A stretch of 64,000 nucleotides of DNA from Desulfobacterales bacterium (GCA_046483495.1 JAWODC010000077.1:1-64000); one strand, 5' to 3'; shown: positions 9,917 through 20,066, counted from the first letter of the stretch. Numbers and translations are program-made. Notes: generated by a model not told the origin, from the letters alone.

Positions 9917-9980
9917 GTGAACAGTGAACAGTGAACGGTGAATCGGATCGGGGCTTTATTCAGCCCATCACCCATCACCC
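9917..9980. repeat. Heptamer tracts (GTGAACA)n and (CCCATCA)n between convergent genes
   Basis: gtgaacagtgaacagtgaacggtgaatcggatcgggctttattcagcccatcacccatcaccc. Confidence 0.85.
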
Positions 9981-10010
9981 AAGAAATTGAGCGCCAGAAG
10001 ACTTGCCCCC

Positions 10011-11168
10011 TCAACACACCTTCTCCAAAAGCTTCCGGGCGTCCTCACGGGTAAACGGCGCCGGGTTGTTGGCGATGACGCCGGTAAGCGCCATCGTCTT
10101 TTCGGCCAGGTTCTCGATCTCCGGGCCGGTGATGTTGAATTTCTTCAGCGATTCATCCAGTCCCGTGGACAGGGTGATGTCGTAAAGAAAGTCGATGAAT
10201 CGATCTGCGGCCTGATCCGGTGAAGACAGCTTCTCATCGCTTACGGTTTCCCAGAGCTTTGCGATTTTTTCCAGGGCATGGACCCGGTTCTGCTCCACCA
10301 CCCGGGGCAAAAGGATACCGCATCCCACACCGTGGGGAACCTTGTGAAAAACGCTCATGGGGTAGCTGACGGCATGGGCTGCGCAAACCCCTCCGTTTAG
10401 AATGGCAAGGCCGGCAAGACAGCTGCCGAACAGCATATGGCTTCTGGCCCCCAGATCCCGGCCGTTTTCTACGGCTTTCTTCAGGTTTTTGCCGATGCAT
10501 TCGACGGCTTTCAATGAAAACATTTCACTCAACGGCGTTGCGCTTTTGGATATGTAGGATTCAACCGCGTGGGTCAGGGCATCCATTCCGGTGCTGACCG
10601 TGATCGACGGCGGAAGGGTGACGGTCAGCTCCGGATCGAGCAACGCCAGCGCCGGGATCACGTACGGCGTGTTGATGCCCAACTTCAGCTGCTTTTGGCG
10701 GTTGATGAATACCGCAACGCCGGTGACTTCACTGCCCGTTCCCGCCGTTGTGGGGATCATGATCGTGGGAACGCCGGGGCGTTTCACCAGGTTCTGCCCC
10801 TGGTAATCGCTTGCCGGACCTTCATTCGTCAACAGGACCCCGGCCGCTTTTGCCGTATCCATGGTGCTGCCGCCGCCGATGCCGACCACCACATCGCAAT
10901 GGCCGTCACGGCCGGCCCGGGTGCACGCATCCGCTGTCTCCAGGGTGGGTTCGGGTTCGGTTTGGTCGAATACGATAACCTGCAAGCCGCTGCTTTCAAT
11001 AATGTTACGTACCTTTTCCGTGAGGCCGAGGCCGCTCAGCGCGGCATCCGCCACCAGAAGAACGGTTGAGCCGTTGAGCATTTTGACTTCGGTTCCCAGT
11101 TTTTGAATATTTCCGCACCCGAACGAAATGCGCGGGACCATGCGGCCCTCGAAATGCAGTCCTTCCAT
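10011..11168 (-). CDS. Iron-containing alcohol dehydrogenase
   Basis: GIGGGSTMD, PTTAGTGSEVT, GMDALTHAVE, His ligands. Confidence 0.95.
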   Translation of the reverse strand: MEGLHFEGRMVPRISFGCGNIQKLGTEVKMLNGSTVLLVADAALSGLGLTEKVRNIIESSGLQVIVFDQTEPEPTLETADACTRAGRDGHCDVVVGIGGGSTMDTAKAAGVLLTNEGPASDYQGQNLVKRPGVPTIMIPTTAGTGSEVTGVAVFINRQKQLKLGINTPYVIPALALLDPELTVTLPPSITVSTGMDALTHAVESYISKSATPLSEMFSLKAVECIGKNLKKAVENGRDLGARSHMLFGSCLAGLAILNGGVCAAHAVSYPMSVFHKVPHGVGCGILLPRVVEQNRVHALEKIAKLWETVSDEKLSSPDQAADRFIDFLYDITLSTGLDESLKKFNITGPEIENLAEKTMALTGVIANNPAPFTREDARKLLEKVC

Positions 11169-11201
11169 GTAATGTCTCCTCGAGCCCTTCGGCTTTAACG
11201 G

Positions 11202-11402
11202 TTACTTGCGAAGAATCCACATGATCAGTGACACCACCAGGCTGATCACGATCATGGTGGTAATGGGTATGTACACCTTGAAATTCGGCTTGTTGATGAT
11301 GATATCGCCCGGCAGCCGCCCTAACGGCAGCTTGTCCAATAACGGCCAGGCCAGGCCTGCGGCAAGGATGACGATGCCGACGATGATCAGAATTTTCTGC
11401 AT
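11202..11402 (-). CDS. DUF2905-type small membrane protein
   Basis: LGRLPGDIII...YIPITTMIVISL; GGAGG RBS upstream. Confidence 0.85.
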   Translation of the reverse strand: MQKILIIVGIVILAAGLAWPLLDKLPLGRLPGDIIINKPNFKVYIPITTMIVISLVVSLIMWILRK

Positions 11403-11425
11403 GCCGTTTTTTATCCCTCCGCCTT

Positions 11426-12454
11426 TCAAGCTCTATATGGCAGATCGGTGGGTGTGTCAATATTCGGGTTGCCCGTTTCTTCATGGATCGCATCCGTCAA
11501 TAATTCCCGGTAGACAGCTATTTTTTCAAGGGCTTCCGCTTTCGATGAAATGGTCGTGATGGATCTTCTGAAACGGCTGCTGTGCGGCAATCCCTTTGCA
11601 AACCACCCCAGCTTCCCGCGCATCACAAAACAGGCGTTTTTCTCTCCCAGAAAGGTACACGACGTTTCCAGAAAACGGATCATGGCGTCAAACTGTTTTT
11701 TGTAATCGGTCACCGGCATATCGTCGCCGTTCAAAAACGCTAGAATACGGGAGAAAATCCAGGGGTCTCCGATCGCGGCCCTGCCCACCATGACGCCGTC
11801 GCATCCGGTTTGGGCGATCATCGCTCCGGCATGCTCCGGCCGGGTGATATCGCCATTGCCGATCACCGGAATGTCCAGCCGATTTTTCAGCCTTTCGATC
11901 ACGCCCCAATCGGCTTTTCCGGAAAATCCCTGCCGGGCCGTTCGCGGGTGCACGGCAACGGCATCGGCTCCGTTGTCGCGGGCGATTCGCGCAATGGTTA
12001 CGGCCTGGTCGCCGGATGCATCCCAACCGGACCGGATTTTAATGGTCATCGGAATCGAAACGGCATTTCGAACCGATGCGATAATCCGGGCGGCAAGCTC
12101 CGGGCTTTTCATCAGTGCAGCGCCGGAACCGGTTTTCAGTACTTTTTTGACCGAGCATCCGAAATTGATGTCAATAATATCCGCACCCGTATGTTCCACG
12201 ATGGCGGCGGCTTCGGCCATAATATCCGGCTCGGATCCAAAAATCTGGACGGACAGGGGGCGTTCTTCGGTGTCGCTTTTCAGCATGTCCAGCGTTTTTC
12301 GGCCCCGCTGCACCAGGCCCCGTGAACTGATCATTTCAGAGCACACCAACCCGCAGCCCTGTTCTTTAGCCATCAGGCGCATGGGCAGGTTGGTGATGCC
12401 CGCCATGGGGGCAAATACGATATTGTTGGTTAAAACGCGTGAACCGATTTTCAT
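11426..12454 (-). CDS. dusB: tRNA-dihydrouridine synthase B
   Basis: APMAGIT, IDINFGC, IPVIGNGDI, GVMVGRAAIGDPW. Confidence 0.92.
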   Translation of the reverse strand: MKIGSRVLTNNIVFAPMAGITNLPMRLMAKEQGCGLVCSEMISSRGLVQRGRKTLDMLKSDTEERPLSVQIFGSEPDIMAEAAAIVEHTGADIIDINFGCSVKKVLKTGSGAALMKSPELAARIIASVRNAVSIPMTIKIRSGWDASGDQAVTIARIARDNGADAVAVHPRTARQGFSGKADWGVIERLKNRLDIPVIGNGDITRPEHAGAMIAQTGCDGVMVGRAAIGDPWIFSRILAFLNGDDMPVTDYKKQFDAMIRFLETSCTFLGEKNACFVMRGKLGWFAKGLPHSSRFRRSITTISSKAEALEKIAVYRELLTDAIHEETGNPNIDTPTDLPYRA

Positions 12455-12552
12455 TTCTTCGACAAACCCATAAAAATTACTATTCCATTCGGGCGTTCAT
12501 TTCAGAGCGGTTGAACCATTTGCCGGCACCGCATAAACCCACCGGATGCCGC

Positions 12553-13452
12553 TCACTCATGCCGATTACCGGCACGTGAGATGTCTGCCGGATTGGCATA
12601 GCAGTAAAGGCAGTTGTGGCGGCACGGGTGACGATGGTAGCACCCGACATCTACGGATTTCATGCAGCCGCACCCGTGCTTCACCCGCTGGCCCATATCC
12701 CTTTTCAGCGAGGGACGGCCCCCGAACAGTTCCATAAACAGATCATTGGAGATGCAGGCGCCCGGTCGTATTCCGGAGGCGGGCGGGAGCGTTTCAAGCA
12801 GCTCCTTTTCACAGCAGAGCAGCAGGTCTATGTCGTGCTTTTCCAGCAGCCGCTTCATCGCAAGCACCCGATCGCGCTTTTCATCGCATGACGGAAATAC
12901 GAAGGAGAACGCCGGCATGGACCGGGTGCGCCGTTGGATTTTGGGATAGTCGTTCATGAAACCGGCAATGCATCGGCGTATCCCCAGCTGTCCGGCTTTG
13001 GCGGCGATGGTTGAAAAATCGTTCATGTTGTCGCTGACGCCTGCGCCGTTTTCAGAAAAAAAGCAGACGGGGTCGAAACGCCAGGTGACGCATTGGGCCC
13101 CGAACGTGCCGCAAAGAACTTCCAATTGGGCCAATCGGTCCGCCAATGGCGGAACACCGGGTTCGAGAACACGGCATTCGGAGTTTACCGTAAAATGGAA
13201 ATACAAATGATACCCCATCCCGATCAGCTCATCCGGATAACTGCCGTGGAGAAAACGGGAAAAATCTTTGGACATGAAAACAATGGTGTGAACGTGTTCG
13301 GGCATCGCGGATATCCGTGATGTTTTCCGGTTGTATGGATTGACCCTTTCGAACCAACCCCTGCGGATTTGCGCCATGAAATCATCCATGTAAAAGGCAG
13401 GGATGTCGGTGCGTCGGGATGCGGAAATCACTGTCTGTTCGGCTCGTACCAT
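12553..13452 (-). CDS. DUF1848 family protein (radical-SAM-like, C-terminal Cys cluster)
   Basis: ISASRRTDIPAFY, WRFDP, CGC..S.D.G.Y...C.H.C.YCYA. Confidence 0.88.
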   Translation of the reverse strand: MVRAEQTVISASRRTDIPAFYMDDFMAQIRRGWFERVNPYNRKTSRISAMPEHVHTIVFMSKDFSRFLHGSYPDELIGMGYHLYFHFTVNSECRVLEPGVPPLADRLAQLEVLCGTFGAQCVTWRFDPVCFFSENGAGVSDNMNDFSTIAAKAGQLGIRRCIAGFMNDYPKIQRRTRSMPAFSFVFPSCDEKRDRVLAMKRLLEKHDIDLLLCCEKELLETLPPASGIRPGACISNDLFMELFGGRPSLKRDMGQRVKHGCGCMKSVDVGCYHRHPCRHNCLYCYANPADISRAGNRHE

Positions 13453-13456
13453 GACC

Positions 13457-13798
13457 TTACTTTTTCAGATCTTTAAAGGAAATGACATTGGCTTGTTTTT
13501 CCTTCTCCGTCGATTCGTTCACGACCGATTCGTTCACGACGGTGTCCTCCGATTGAACGTCTTCGTCGGGGCAGCGTATCTTTTCCAGCCGCATTCGTTT
13601 GCCGCCCATGGTGAATTCACCGCCGTCGATGTAGGTGTCCCGTAGTATCCAGGTGACCGTTTTCAAAGGCAACTGCAATAAAAGGAGTTTTACATGGTAC
13701 CAGCCCGGCTTGTGATCCGCTGTAATGGACTCGATGCGGGCAAATCCCATCGGATTATCTTCAAAATGGATCAAAACGATATCGTTTTCCGTTGTCAT
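13457..13798 (-). CDS. Hypothetical protein
   Basis: Clean ORF MTTENDIVLIH...NVISFKDLKK, co-oriented with the DUF1848 gene. Confidence 0.75.
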   Translation of the reverse strand: MTTENDIVLIHFEDNPMGFARIESITADHKPGWYHVKLLLLQLPLKTVTWILRDTYIDGGEFTMGGKRMRLEKIRCPDEDVQSEDTVVNESVVNESTEKEKQANVISFKDLKK

Positions 13799-13961
13799 GC
13801 CGTTCTTCCTTAGTATTTCAATTCTCGGCGTTATTACCATAATTTTTAACGCACACTATAACAAAATATTGATTTCGGACAATATCTTTTCTATAAAAAA
13901 CAGTTCGCCTCTTTAGGATTATGCGCATGTAAACCGATATCTAACGCACAGGTCAAGTTCT

Positions 13962-15554
13962 ATGAAAGTTGCATTGATTGCCCCGCCTTATCCGTTGGAA
14001 GAGGCGCCGTCCCCCCCGTTGGGAATTTGCTATGTGGCCGCATCCTTTGAAGCGGCAGGTGCGAACGTTCGCATTTTCGATTACATTGTCAGGGCGTATA
14101 CGCCTGAAAAACTCCGGTCGGAAATGGATCGATTTCAACCCGGCGTGGTCGGCACCAATTCCGTCACCATGAATTTTAAAACCGCCGCGGGCATTCTGAA
14201 GACCGCAAAACGGCATGATCCGTCCATCACAACGATCATGGGCGGTCCTCATGTATCGTTTGATTATGAAAACACCCTGAAGCAATTCCCTGAAATCGAT
14301 GTAATCGTCGTAGGGGAAGGTGAAAATACACTTAAAGAGCTGATTCCGGTTCTTCATGACAGGACTGCTTGGCCCGGCATCGAGGGATTGGCGTTCATGA
14401 TGAACGGATGCGTGGTTACGACCGGAAAACGGGCCTTTGTACAGGATCTGGACGCCTTGCCCCTTCCCGCAAGACATCTGTTGCCGGTAAGCCGATATCA
14501 GGCGCTCGGCTTTCCGGTCAGCATTATTACCAGCCGTGGATGCCCCAACCAATGCATTTTCTGCCAGGGCCGTCGCATGGTCGGAATGAAGGTAAGGTAT
14601 CGCTCTCATCTGCGGATTGTCGATGAAATCGAAGATATCCTAACCTACGGCTTTACGCGAATTAATATTGCCGACGATTTCTTCACGTCCAATAAAAGGC
14701 GTGTCCGGCTGATTTGCGACGAGATACTCCGAAGAAAGCTGGCGTTTTCATGGGCCGCTTTTGCACGGGTGGATTCCACCAGCCGGGAAGTGCTGTCGGT
14801 GATGAAGAACGCCGGCTGCGATACCGTAAGCTTCGGCATCGAATCCGGCAATCCGGAAATGCTCAAACGAATCCGGAAGGGAATCACCATGGACCAGGCG
14901 AGAAACGCCGTGGCTATGTGCAGGGAAGTGGGAATGGGTGTATTTTTGTCTTTTATGGTGGGTCTTCCCGGTGAAACCGAGCAAACCCTGAGCGACACGC
15001 ACGCCTTTGCCGAAGAGCTCGATGCGCCTTTTGGATACCATTTCCTGGCGCCGCTTCCCGGAACCACCCTGTGGGAAGAAATGGATCGATTCGATTTAGA
15101 GGTGCTGACCGATGATTGGGACCGCTATGACGCCAACCATGCGATTACACGCACATCGGCGCTCAATGAAACCCAGGTGAGCGATTTTGTGGGAATTTTC
15201 AATAGAGAAGTGGAAAAGGCCTGGAATGGCATATTCGAGCGCTATCGGAACAATGACTGTACGCCCGATGAAAGGCTGCGTGTAGAGGGGGACCGGCGGA
15301 TGCGGATGATATTCACCATTTTGTCGGAAGACCTCGTTGAAACCCTGGGCCGATACCCGTTGGCGGCGACAAAAAACGGCCATATATCCCAACTTTCCGA
15401 AAACCTGTCGACGGTTCTTGCCCATCCGCTTTCAGAGATCCGGGAAATCATGTACGATTTGGCCGGCAAGGGGTGGATAAAATATGAAACAGCAGGGGAT
15501 TGCATTCAGTGGTATTGGAGTCATAATAAGGATGTGGATCGGCTGAGTAGCTGA
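13962..15554 (+). CDS. B12-binding radical SAM protein
   Basis: PPLGICYVAA, MGGPHVS, GEGE, TSRGCPNQCIFC (CxxxCxxC), FGIESG. Confidence 0.93.
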   Translation: MKVALIAPPYPLEEAPSPPLGICYVAASFEAAGANVRIFDYIVRAYTPEKLRSEMDRFQPGVVGTNSVTMNFKTAAGILKTAKRHDPSITTIMGGPHVSFDYENTLKQFPEIDVIVVGEGENTLKELIPVLHDRTAWPGIEGLAFMMNGCVVTTGKRAFVQDLDALPLPARHLLPVSRYQALGFPVSIITSRGCPNQCIFCQGRRMVGMKVRYRSHLRIVDEIEDILTYGFTRINIADDFFTSNKRRVRLICDEILRRKLAFSWAAFARVDSTSREVLSVMKNAGCDTVSFGIESGNPEMLKRIRKGITMDQARNAVAMCREVGMGVFLSFMVGLPGETEQTLSDTHAFAEELDAPFGYHFLAPLPGTTLWEEMDRFDLEVLTDDWDRYDANHAITRTSALNETQVSDFVGIFNREVEKAWNGIFERYRNNDCTPDERLRVEGDRRMRMIFTILSEDLVETLGRYPLAATKNGHISQLSENLSTVLAHPLSEIREIMYDLAGKGWIKYETAGDCIQWYWSHNKDVDRLSS

Positions 15555-15605
15555 AAGCTCAAAGCTGAAAGGCGGGAAGCTATAGAATGCTCAAAGCGTA
15601 AGGTC
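15549..15605. repeat. Degenerate heptamer tract (AGCTGAA/AGCTCAA)
   Basis: agctgaaagctcaaagctgaaagg...aagctata...gctcaaag. Confidence 0.7.
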
Positions 15606-15628
15606 ATAAGATATAGGAAAATAGTCGT

Positions 15629-15880
15629 ATGTATGCCAGGACGGCAAGGCAGTTACGGAAGCTGATTGCAAAAAATCCCGGGGAAAGCCCATCGGTGTTT
15701 TTGCCTGATCAGTCATTTGCAGCGTTTTGTTACGATCGTTATACGGCCGCGGATTTAAAATCCGCCTTCAACCGTGACCCTGATCCGGATGATTGTCGAA
15801 AATGGCGGCTTTCACCGTCGGAATGGCGGGAAAACATCGAGATGGCCTTTATCGCCCGATCTGAAGCGGAAAGGCGGTAG
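15629..15880 (+). CDS. Small hypothetical protein
   Basis: 83 aa ORF with AGGA upstream; fills an intergenic gap. Confidence 0.6.
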   Translation: MYARTARQLRKLIAKNPGESPSVFLPDQSFAAFCYDRYTAADLKSAFNRDPDPDDCRKWRLSPSEWRENIEMAFIARSEAERR

Positions 15881-15903
15881 AAGGGGCTCTTGACGCTTTG
15901 GCC

Positions 15904-17040
15904 TCAGGCTGCGGTCAGCATTTTTTTAAGTTCCCGGCAAACCAAATCGATCTGGTCGTTCTTCAGATCGGGGTACATGGGAAGCGATATCAATTCTTTG
16001 GCACATGTTTCCGTTACTGAGAAGTTGTCTTCAATATACCCCATGAATTTGCAGGCCTCGGTAAGATGAACCGGTGTGGGGTAGTGAATGCCGCATTGAA
16101 TACCTCTCTCGTTCAACTCGCTCATGAGCCGGTCACGATTTTTCGCTCGTATGGCATAGATATGATAGATATGCCGTGCATCGGGGCATTCATGGGGACG
16201 GATAATGTTTTTTGCATCTTCCAGAAGCAGGTTGTACAATGCCGCTTTTTCCCGACGCGCTTCATTCCATATCGAAAGGTAATTGAGCTTTACGCGGAGA
16301 ACGGCGCCCTGTAAACCGTCCATCCGGGAATTCCACCCGATCCTCACGTGGTGATGCTTGGCTGCCTGACCATGATCACGGAGCATTGCAACCGTTTCTG
16401 CGATTTTCATGTTGTCGGTCACCACGGCGCCTGCCTCGCCGAAGGCTCCGAGATTTTGACCCGGATAGAAGCTGAAACAACCGGCATCGCCGAAGGAGCC
16501 GGCACTTCGTCCTCTGAATTGCGCCCCCGAGGCCTGGCACGCGTCTTCGACTACGAATAAATCCTCCGAGTGCGCTATTTCCATGATGGAGGCCATGTCC
16601 GCCATCTGGCCGAACATGTGAACAGGGATGACGGCTTTGATGGACTTGCGCCTTTCGGCATTTCTGTTTCTGAATTGCAAATAATCCTTCAGGCGCTGGG
16701 GGTCCATCGTGTAGCTCTGCTCTTCGATATCCACAAAAATCGGCCTGGCCCCGCACATGCTGATGGCTTCGACGGTGGCGATACATGTATTGGGCGTGGT
16801 GATCACTTCATCACCGGGTCCGACCTCCAAAGCCTTCAGGGCGAGCCATATGGCCTCGGTTCCACTCCCGACGCCGACGCAATGGCCGCATCCACAAAAA
16901 TCGGCAAATTCCCTCTCGAAGTCGGCTACAAATGGTCCTCCGAAAAAGGCCGTTTCATCCAACACCTGTTGGATGGCTTTATCGATTTCCATGCGAATCC
17001 CGTTGTGCTGTGCTTTCAGATCTAGAAAGGGAACGTTCAT
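15904..17040 (-). CDS. DegT/DnrJ/EryC1/StrS family protein; catalytic Lys replaced by Gln
   Basis: VPFLDL, GSGTEA, IPVHMFGQ, EDACQA, FSFYPGQNLGAFGEAG; GGAGG RBS. Confidence 0.9.
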   Translation of the reverse strand: MNVPFLDLKAQHNGIRMEIDKAIQQVLDETAFFGGPFVADFEREFADFCGCGHCVGVGSGTEAIWLALKALEVGPGDEVITTPNTCIATVEAISMCGARPIFVDIEEQSYTMDPQRLKDYLQFRNRNAERRKSIKAVIPVHMFGQMADMASIMEIAHSEDLFVVEDACQASGAQFRGRSAGSFGDAGCFSFYPGQNLGAFGEAGAVVTDNMKIAETVAMLRDHGQAAKHHHVRIGWNSRMDGLQGAVLRVKLNYLSIWNEARREKAALYNLLLEDAKNIIRPHECPDARHIYHIYAIRAKNRDRLMSELNERGIQCGIHYPTPVHLTEACKFMGYIEDNFSVTETCAKELISLPMYPDLKNDQIDLVCRELKKMLTAA

Positions 17041-17209
17041 TCCTTTTACCTCCGTATTGAAGCCCAAATGTCCTGATTCACTATGTTGCAAGACTAATGC
17101 CACAAAAATGATGCTCTTGATTACAGGGATTTATTGAAAAGGATGGACGTCGATCGGGTAAAATGCCATCATCGCAGGGCAAGGTGCCCGTTCAGAAGCA
17201 ATATAATAA

Positions 17210-17353
17210 TGCCCATCCGGAAGTGCTGATTCGCTCCATTTCGGCGTCGGAAGGGGAATTTTAATCCTCAAAATATTCAATGTATTCCTTCGGTTAAAAT
17301 TTACCGGCCTCCTTGAACGGAATCGAATTTTTTCTCATTTCTGGATGGGCACA
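17210..17353. mobile_element. Miniature inverted-repeat element, family B (long form)
   Basis: Ends tgcccatccggaagtg / catttctggatgggca; internal gctgattcgctccat is shared with the short copies. Confidence 0.7.
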
Positions 17354-17387
17354 AAAAAATGCGTGATTTTCTGCCGGGACCGGTGTT

Positions 17388-18719
17388 TCAATGATGGTGT
17401 TGATTGTTGATGGTCAATAGTTTCCGATAAAGTGTTTTCGGATCGATGCCCAATATCTGTGCGGCATCTTTCTTTTTCCCGTTGACTTCCTCTAAAATGT
17501 TGAGAATGTGATTTCGTTCGACTTCTTGAAGAGTCCGGGTGCGAAATGCCGGTATGTTTGCCAGATCGGTCGGCAGGTCATCGGGTTGAATGGTCCCTTT
17601 TCCGTTTGTCGACACCATTGTCCGGTGGATGACGTTTTGCAGTTCTCTGATGTTGCCCGGCCAGTCATAATTCTGGAGGACTTTCAGCGCTTCTTTACTG
17701 AACCGCTTGTTTTTGACTCCAAAATTTTCCATTTTTTCGATCATGTAGTCAACCAACTCGGGAATATCCTCTTTTCTGGCCCTTAACGGGGGGACGCGCA
17801 ATATGAGTGTCGACAGCCGATAATACAGGTCTTGCCGAAATCTTCCCTCGAGCATTTCCTGTTGAAGGTCTTTGTTCGTAGCGGACACGATACGGACATC
17901 CACGTGGACTTGTTTTACGCCCCCGACCCTGAAAAATTTTTTGGTATCGAGGAAGCGAAGCAGTTTTTGCTGTAATAAGCAGGGAAGGTCCCCGATTTCA
18001 TCCAAAAAAAATGTGCCCTGGTCGGCGATTTCCAGCAGGCCCTGTTTTCGGGCCTGGGCTCCGGTGAATGCCCCTTTTTCATAGCCGAACAGTTCACTTT
18101 CGATGACGTTCTCCGGTATTGCCCCGCAGTTTACCGGTACGAAAGGCTTATTCGCCCGCTTGGAAGCTTTATGGATTTCCGTGGCCATAAGTTCTTTCCC
18201 GACACCGGATTCGCCTAAAAGCAATACGGGAAAATCGAACAAGGCAAAATCCCTCAGTTTTTCCAAAAGGGACAACAGGTGGGCATTTTTGGTGATCAGT
18301 TTGTCCCGGTCGGGGTTCGCATCGGTGATATTCATGGGAGGCGGAGTTTTCGGGATAAGCGATTTTTTTTCTGCCACTTTGTCGATAAGTTCGATAACCC
18401 TTTTCAGGTTAAACGGCTTGGGCACATAGTCGAACGCCCCGAGCTTAGCCATTTCAACGGCGTTTTCTATGGAACCGCAGCCCGTAAGAATAATAACTTC
18501 GGTGTGTATGTTCAGTGCCTTGATTTTTTGAAGAACGGTTTTTCCCGTGATGTCGGGCAGGTTCAGGTCCATAAGGACGATATCGAAATCATCAGCCTTT
18601 ATCATTTCCACTGCTTTAAGGCCGCAATTCGCCTCTTCAATCGTATACCGCCTGTCGTAAAGTTCGGTTTTAAGGACCTTCCTCAGATTGGCATCATCAT
18701 CAACGAGTAATAATTTCAT
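17388..18719 (-). CDS. Sigma54-dependent response regulator (NtrC family)
   Basis: REC domain (LLVDDD...LMDLNLP), GESGVGKE, ESELFGYEKGAFTGA, WPGNIREL, Fis-type HTH. Confidence 0.95.
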   Translation of the reverse strand: MKLLLVDDDANLRKVLKTELYDRRYTIEEANCGLKAVEMIKADDFDIVLMDLNLPDITGKTVLQKIKALNIHTEVIILTGCGSIENAVEMAKLGAFDYVPKPFNLKRVIELIDKVAEKKSLIPKTPPPMNITDANPDRDKLITKNAHLLSLLEKLRDFALFDFPVLLLGESGVGKELMATEIHKASKRANKPFVPVNCGAIPENVIESELFGYEKGAFTGAQARKQGLLEIADQGTFFLDEIGDLPCLLQQKLLRFLDTKKFFRVGGVKQVHVDVRIVSATNKDLQQEMLEGRFRQDLYYRLSTLILRVPPLRARKEDIPELVDYMIEKMENFGVKNKRFSKEALKVLQNYDWPGNIRELQNVIHRTMVSTNGKGTIQPDDLPTDLANIPAFRTRTLQEVERNHILNILEEVNGKKKDAAQILGIDPKTLYRKLLTINNQHHH

Positions 18720-18970
18720 AGGGTTACCATCCTTTATAAAGAATTTGCACTAAGACTGCACCACAAACAACAGTAATCCCCCGCATATGTCTTCCCTGTG
18801 TGTGGAGTTTGATTTGTGAAACCTGGGAGTTTGGAGTAATTCTATCGATTAAGGGGTGATTTTCAATACATGAGAACCTGTACTGTGAAGCCGCACAACC
18901 CTACTTTGGCCTGAAAAGCTACCCTGCTGTGCCGTATGTCCGGGATTTTCCTATATACGGTTTTCTCCTG

Positions 18971-19600
18971 TCAGTTCACATTTGTTTTTTGGAAACGATA
19001 AAATGTCGTGCGTGGAATTTGGAGTGCCTCGCACGCCGCCACTACCCCTACATCCTTGCGTAAATCCACTGCGGCGCTCAATAGCTTTTGTTTGTGGTGT
19101 TTTCCGTTGTCCGGCCGGGCTTCGGGGTCGCGGAAAATACCTCTTTGAACCTCGATGATGCGTTCAGCCTGCCGTAGTTTTGTTCGAAGCTGACGGTTTT
19201 CCTTCTCCAGCCGTGTTAACTTTTCAAAGGCCGGTGATTTTTTGACGGATTTTCGTCCTCGCTTTTTTGGTGCCATTGCCTTCAACATGCCTTGATTCCG
19301 CTGTTTCCGCCATCGTGCAAGGCTTGATGAATAAAGGCCTTCGCGCCGCAAAAGGGCTGTGATCTGGCCGGGTTCCGAGCAATTGTCAGCCTCGTTCAAG
19401 ATGTGGAGCTTGTAGGCGGCTGTCAATCGTCGCCGGGTTTTCCGTGGTTTTTGCATTTTGGATGCCGTGATTGGCGGGTTCTCATTTCTATGGGTCTCAG
19501 GCCCGGACCTTTTATTCGGGTTATTCGGGGCCGTTCGTATTTTGTCTTCTTTTCTGTTCATGTCGTTCGTTTCGAAAACTGCGATCGGTTTTTTTTTCAT
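18971..19600 (-). mobile_element. IS3-family transposase-derived ORF (OrfA fused to the start of OrfB, no DDE domain)
   Basis: RRRLTAAYKLHILNEAD...LLRREGLYSSSLARWR...PKKRGRK, coiled coil, then GVVAACEALQIPRTTFYR*; AGGAG RBS. Confidence 0.8.
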
Positions 19601-20066
19601 TGGGGATCTCCTGTGGAATCGGGTGTCCATTCGAAATAGCGGCCGTTCATAGAAGGGCGCCATTTTAAAATCATTGTGCTAATGCATCATGCAGGTCCTG
19701 TTTGATTTTCCATTGGCAAGCGGTTCTCTAATTTCTATTCCGGCATCGGGATGGGGTGTCCGTAACACCGCCGTAGAACCGTTTCCGACGCCTTCTGTGG
19801 CGGGATACTAAATGATGGCGCCTGAATTTTGAATAGGGGGAAACGTGTATAGGACCCGTACATAAACAGTAGAAGATATCAGCCGTTTTGCGGGACATGT
19901 GACAGAGCGGTTTGGTCTTTGCAAAAGTTTGTGGAATTGTCGGGAGGGGTAACGGGCGCGACGAACGGACGGGGATTGGGACTTGCATGGGATTTTTTGC
20001 CGGGCGCTGAAATGAGGTTCGATGAAAACGCTTTATTCGTGCAGGAATTTATTGTAAATTTAATTT

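Noticed and set aside
13511..13540. 15 bp tandem duplication (VVNES twice)
   Set aside because: In-frame duplication in a likely disordered tail; ordinary slippage
19973..19987. Sigma54 promoter (GG-N10-GC) upstream of the kinase gene
   Set aside because: Spacing and TTGCA fit, but the -24 element is a poor match to TGGCAC; not supportable
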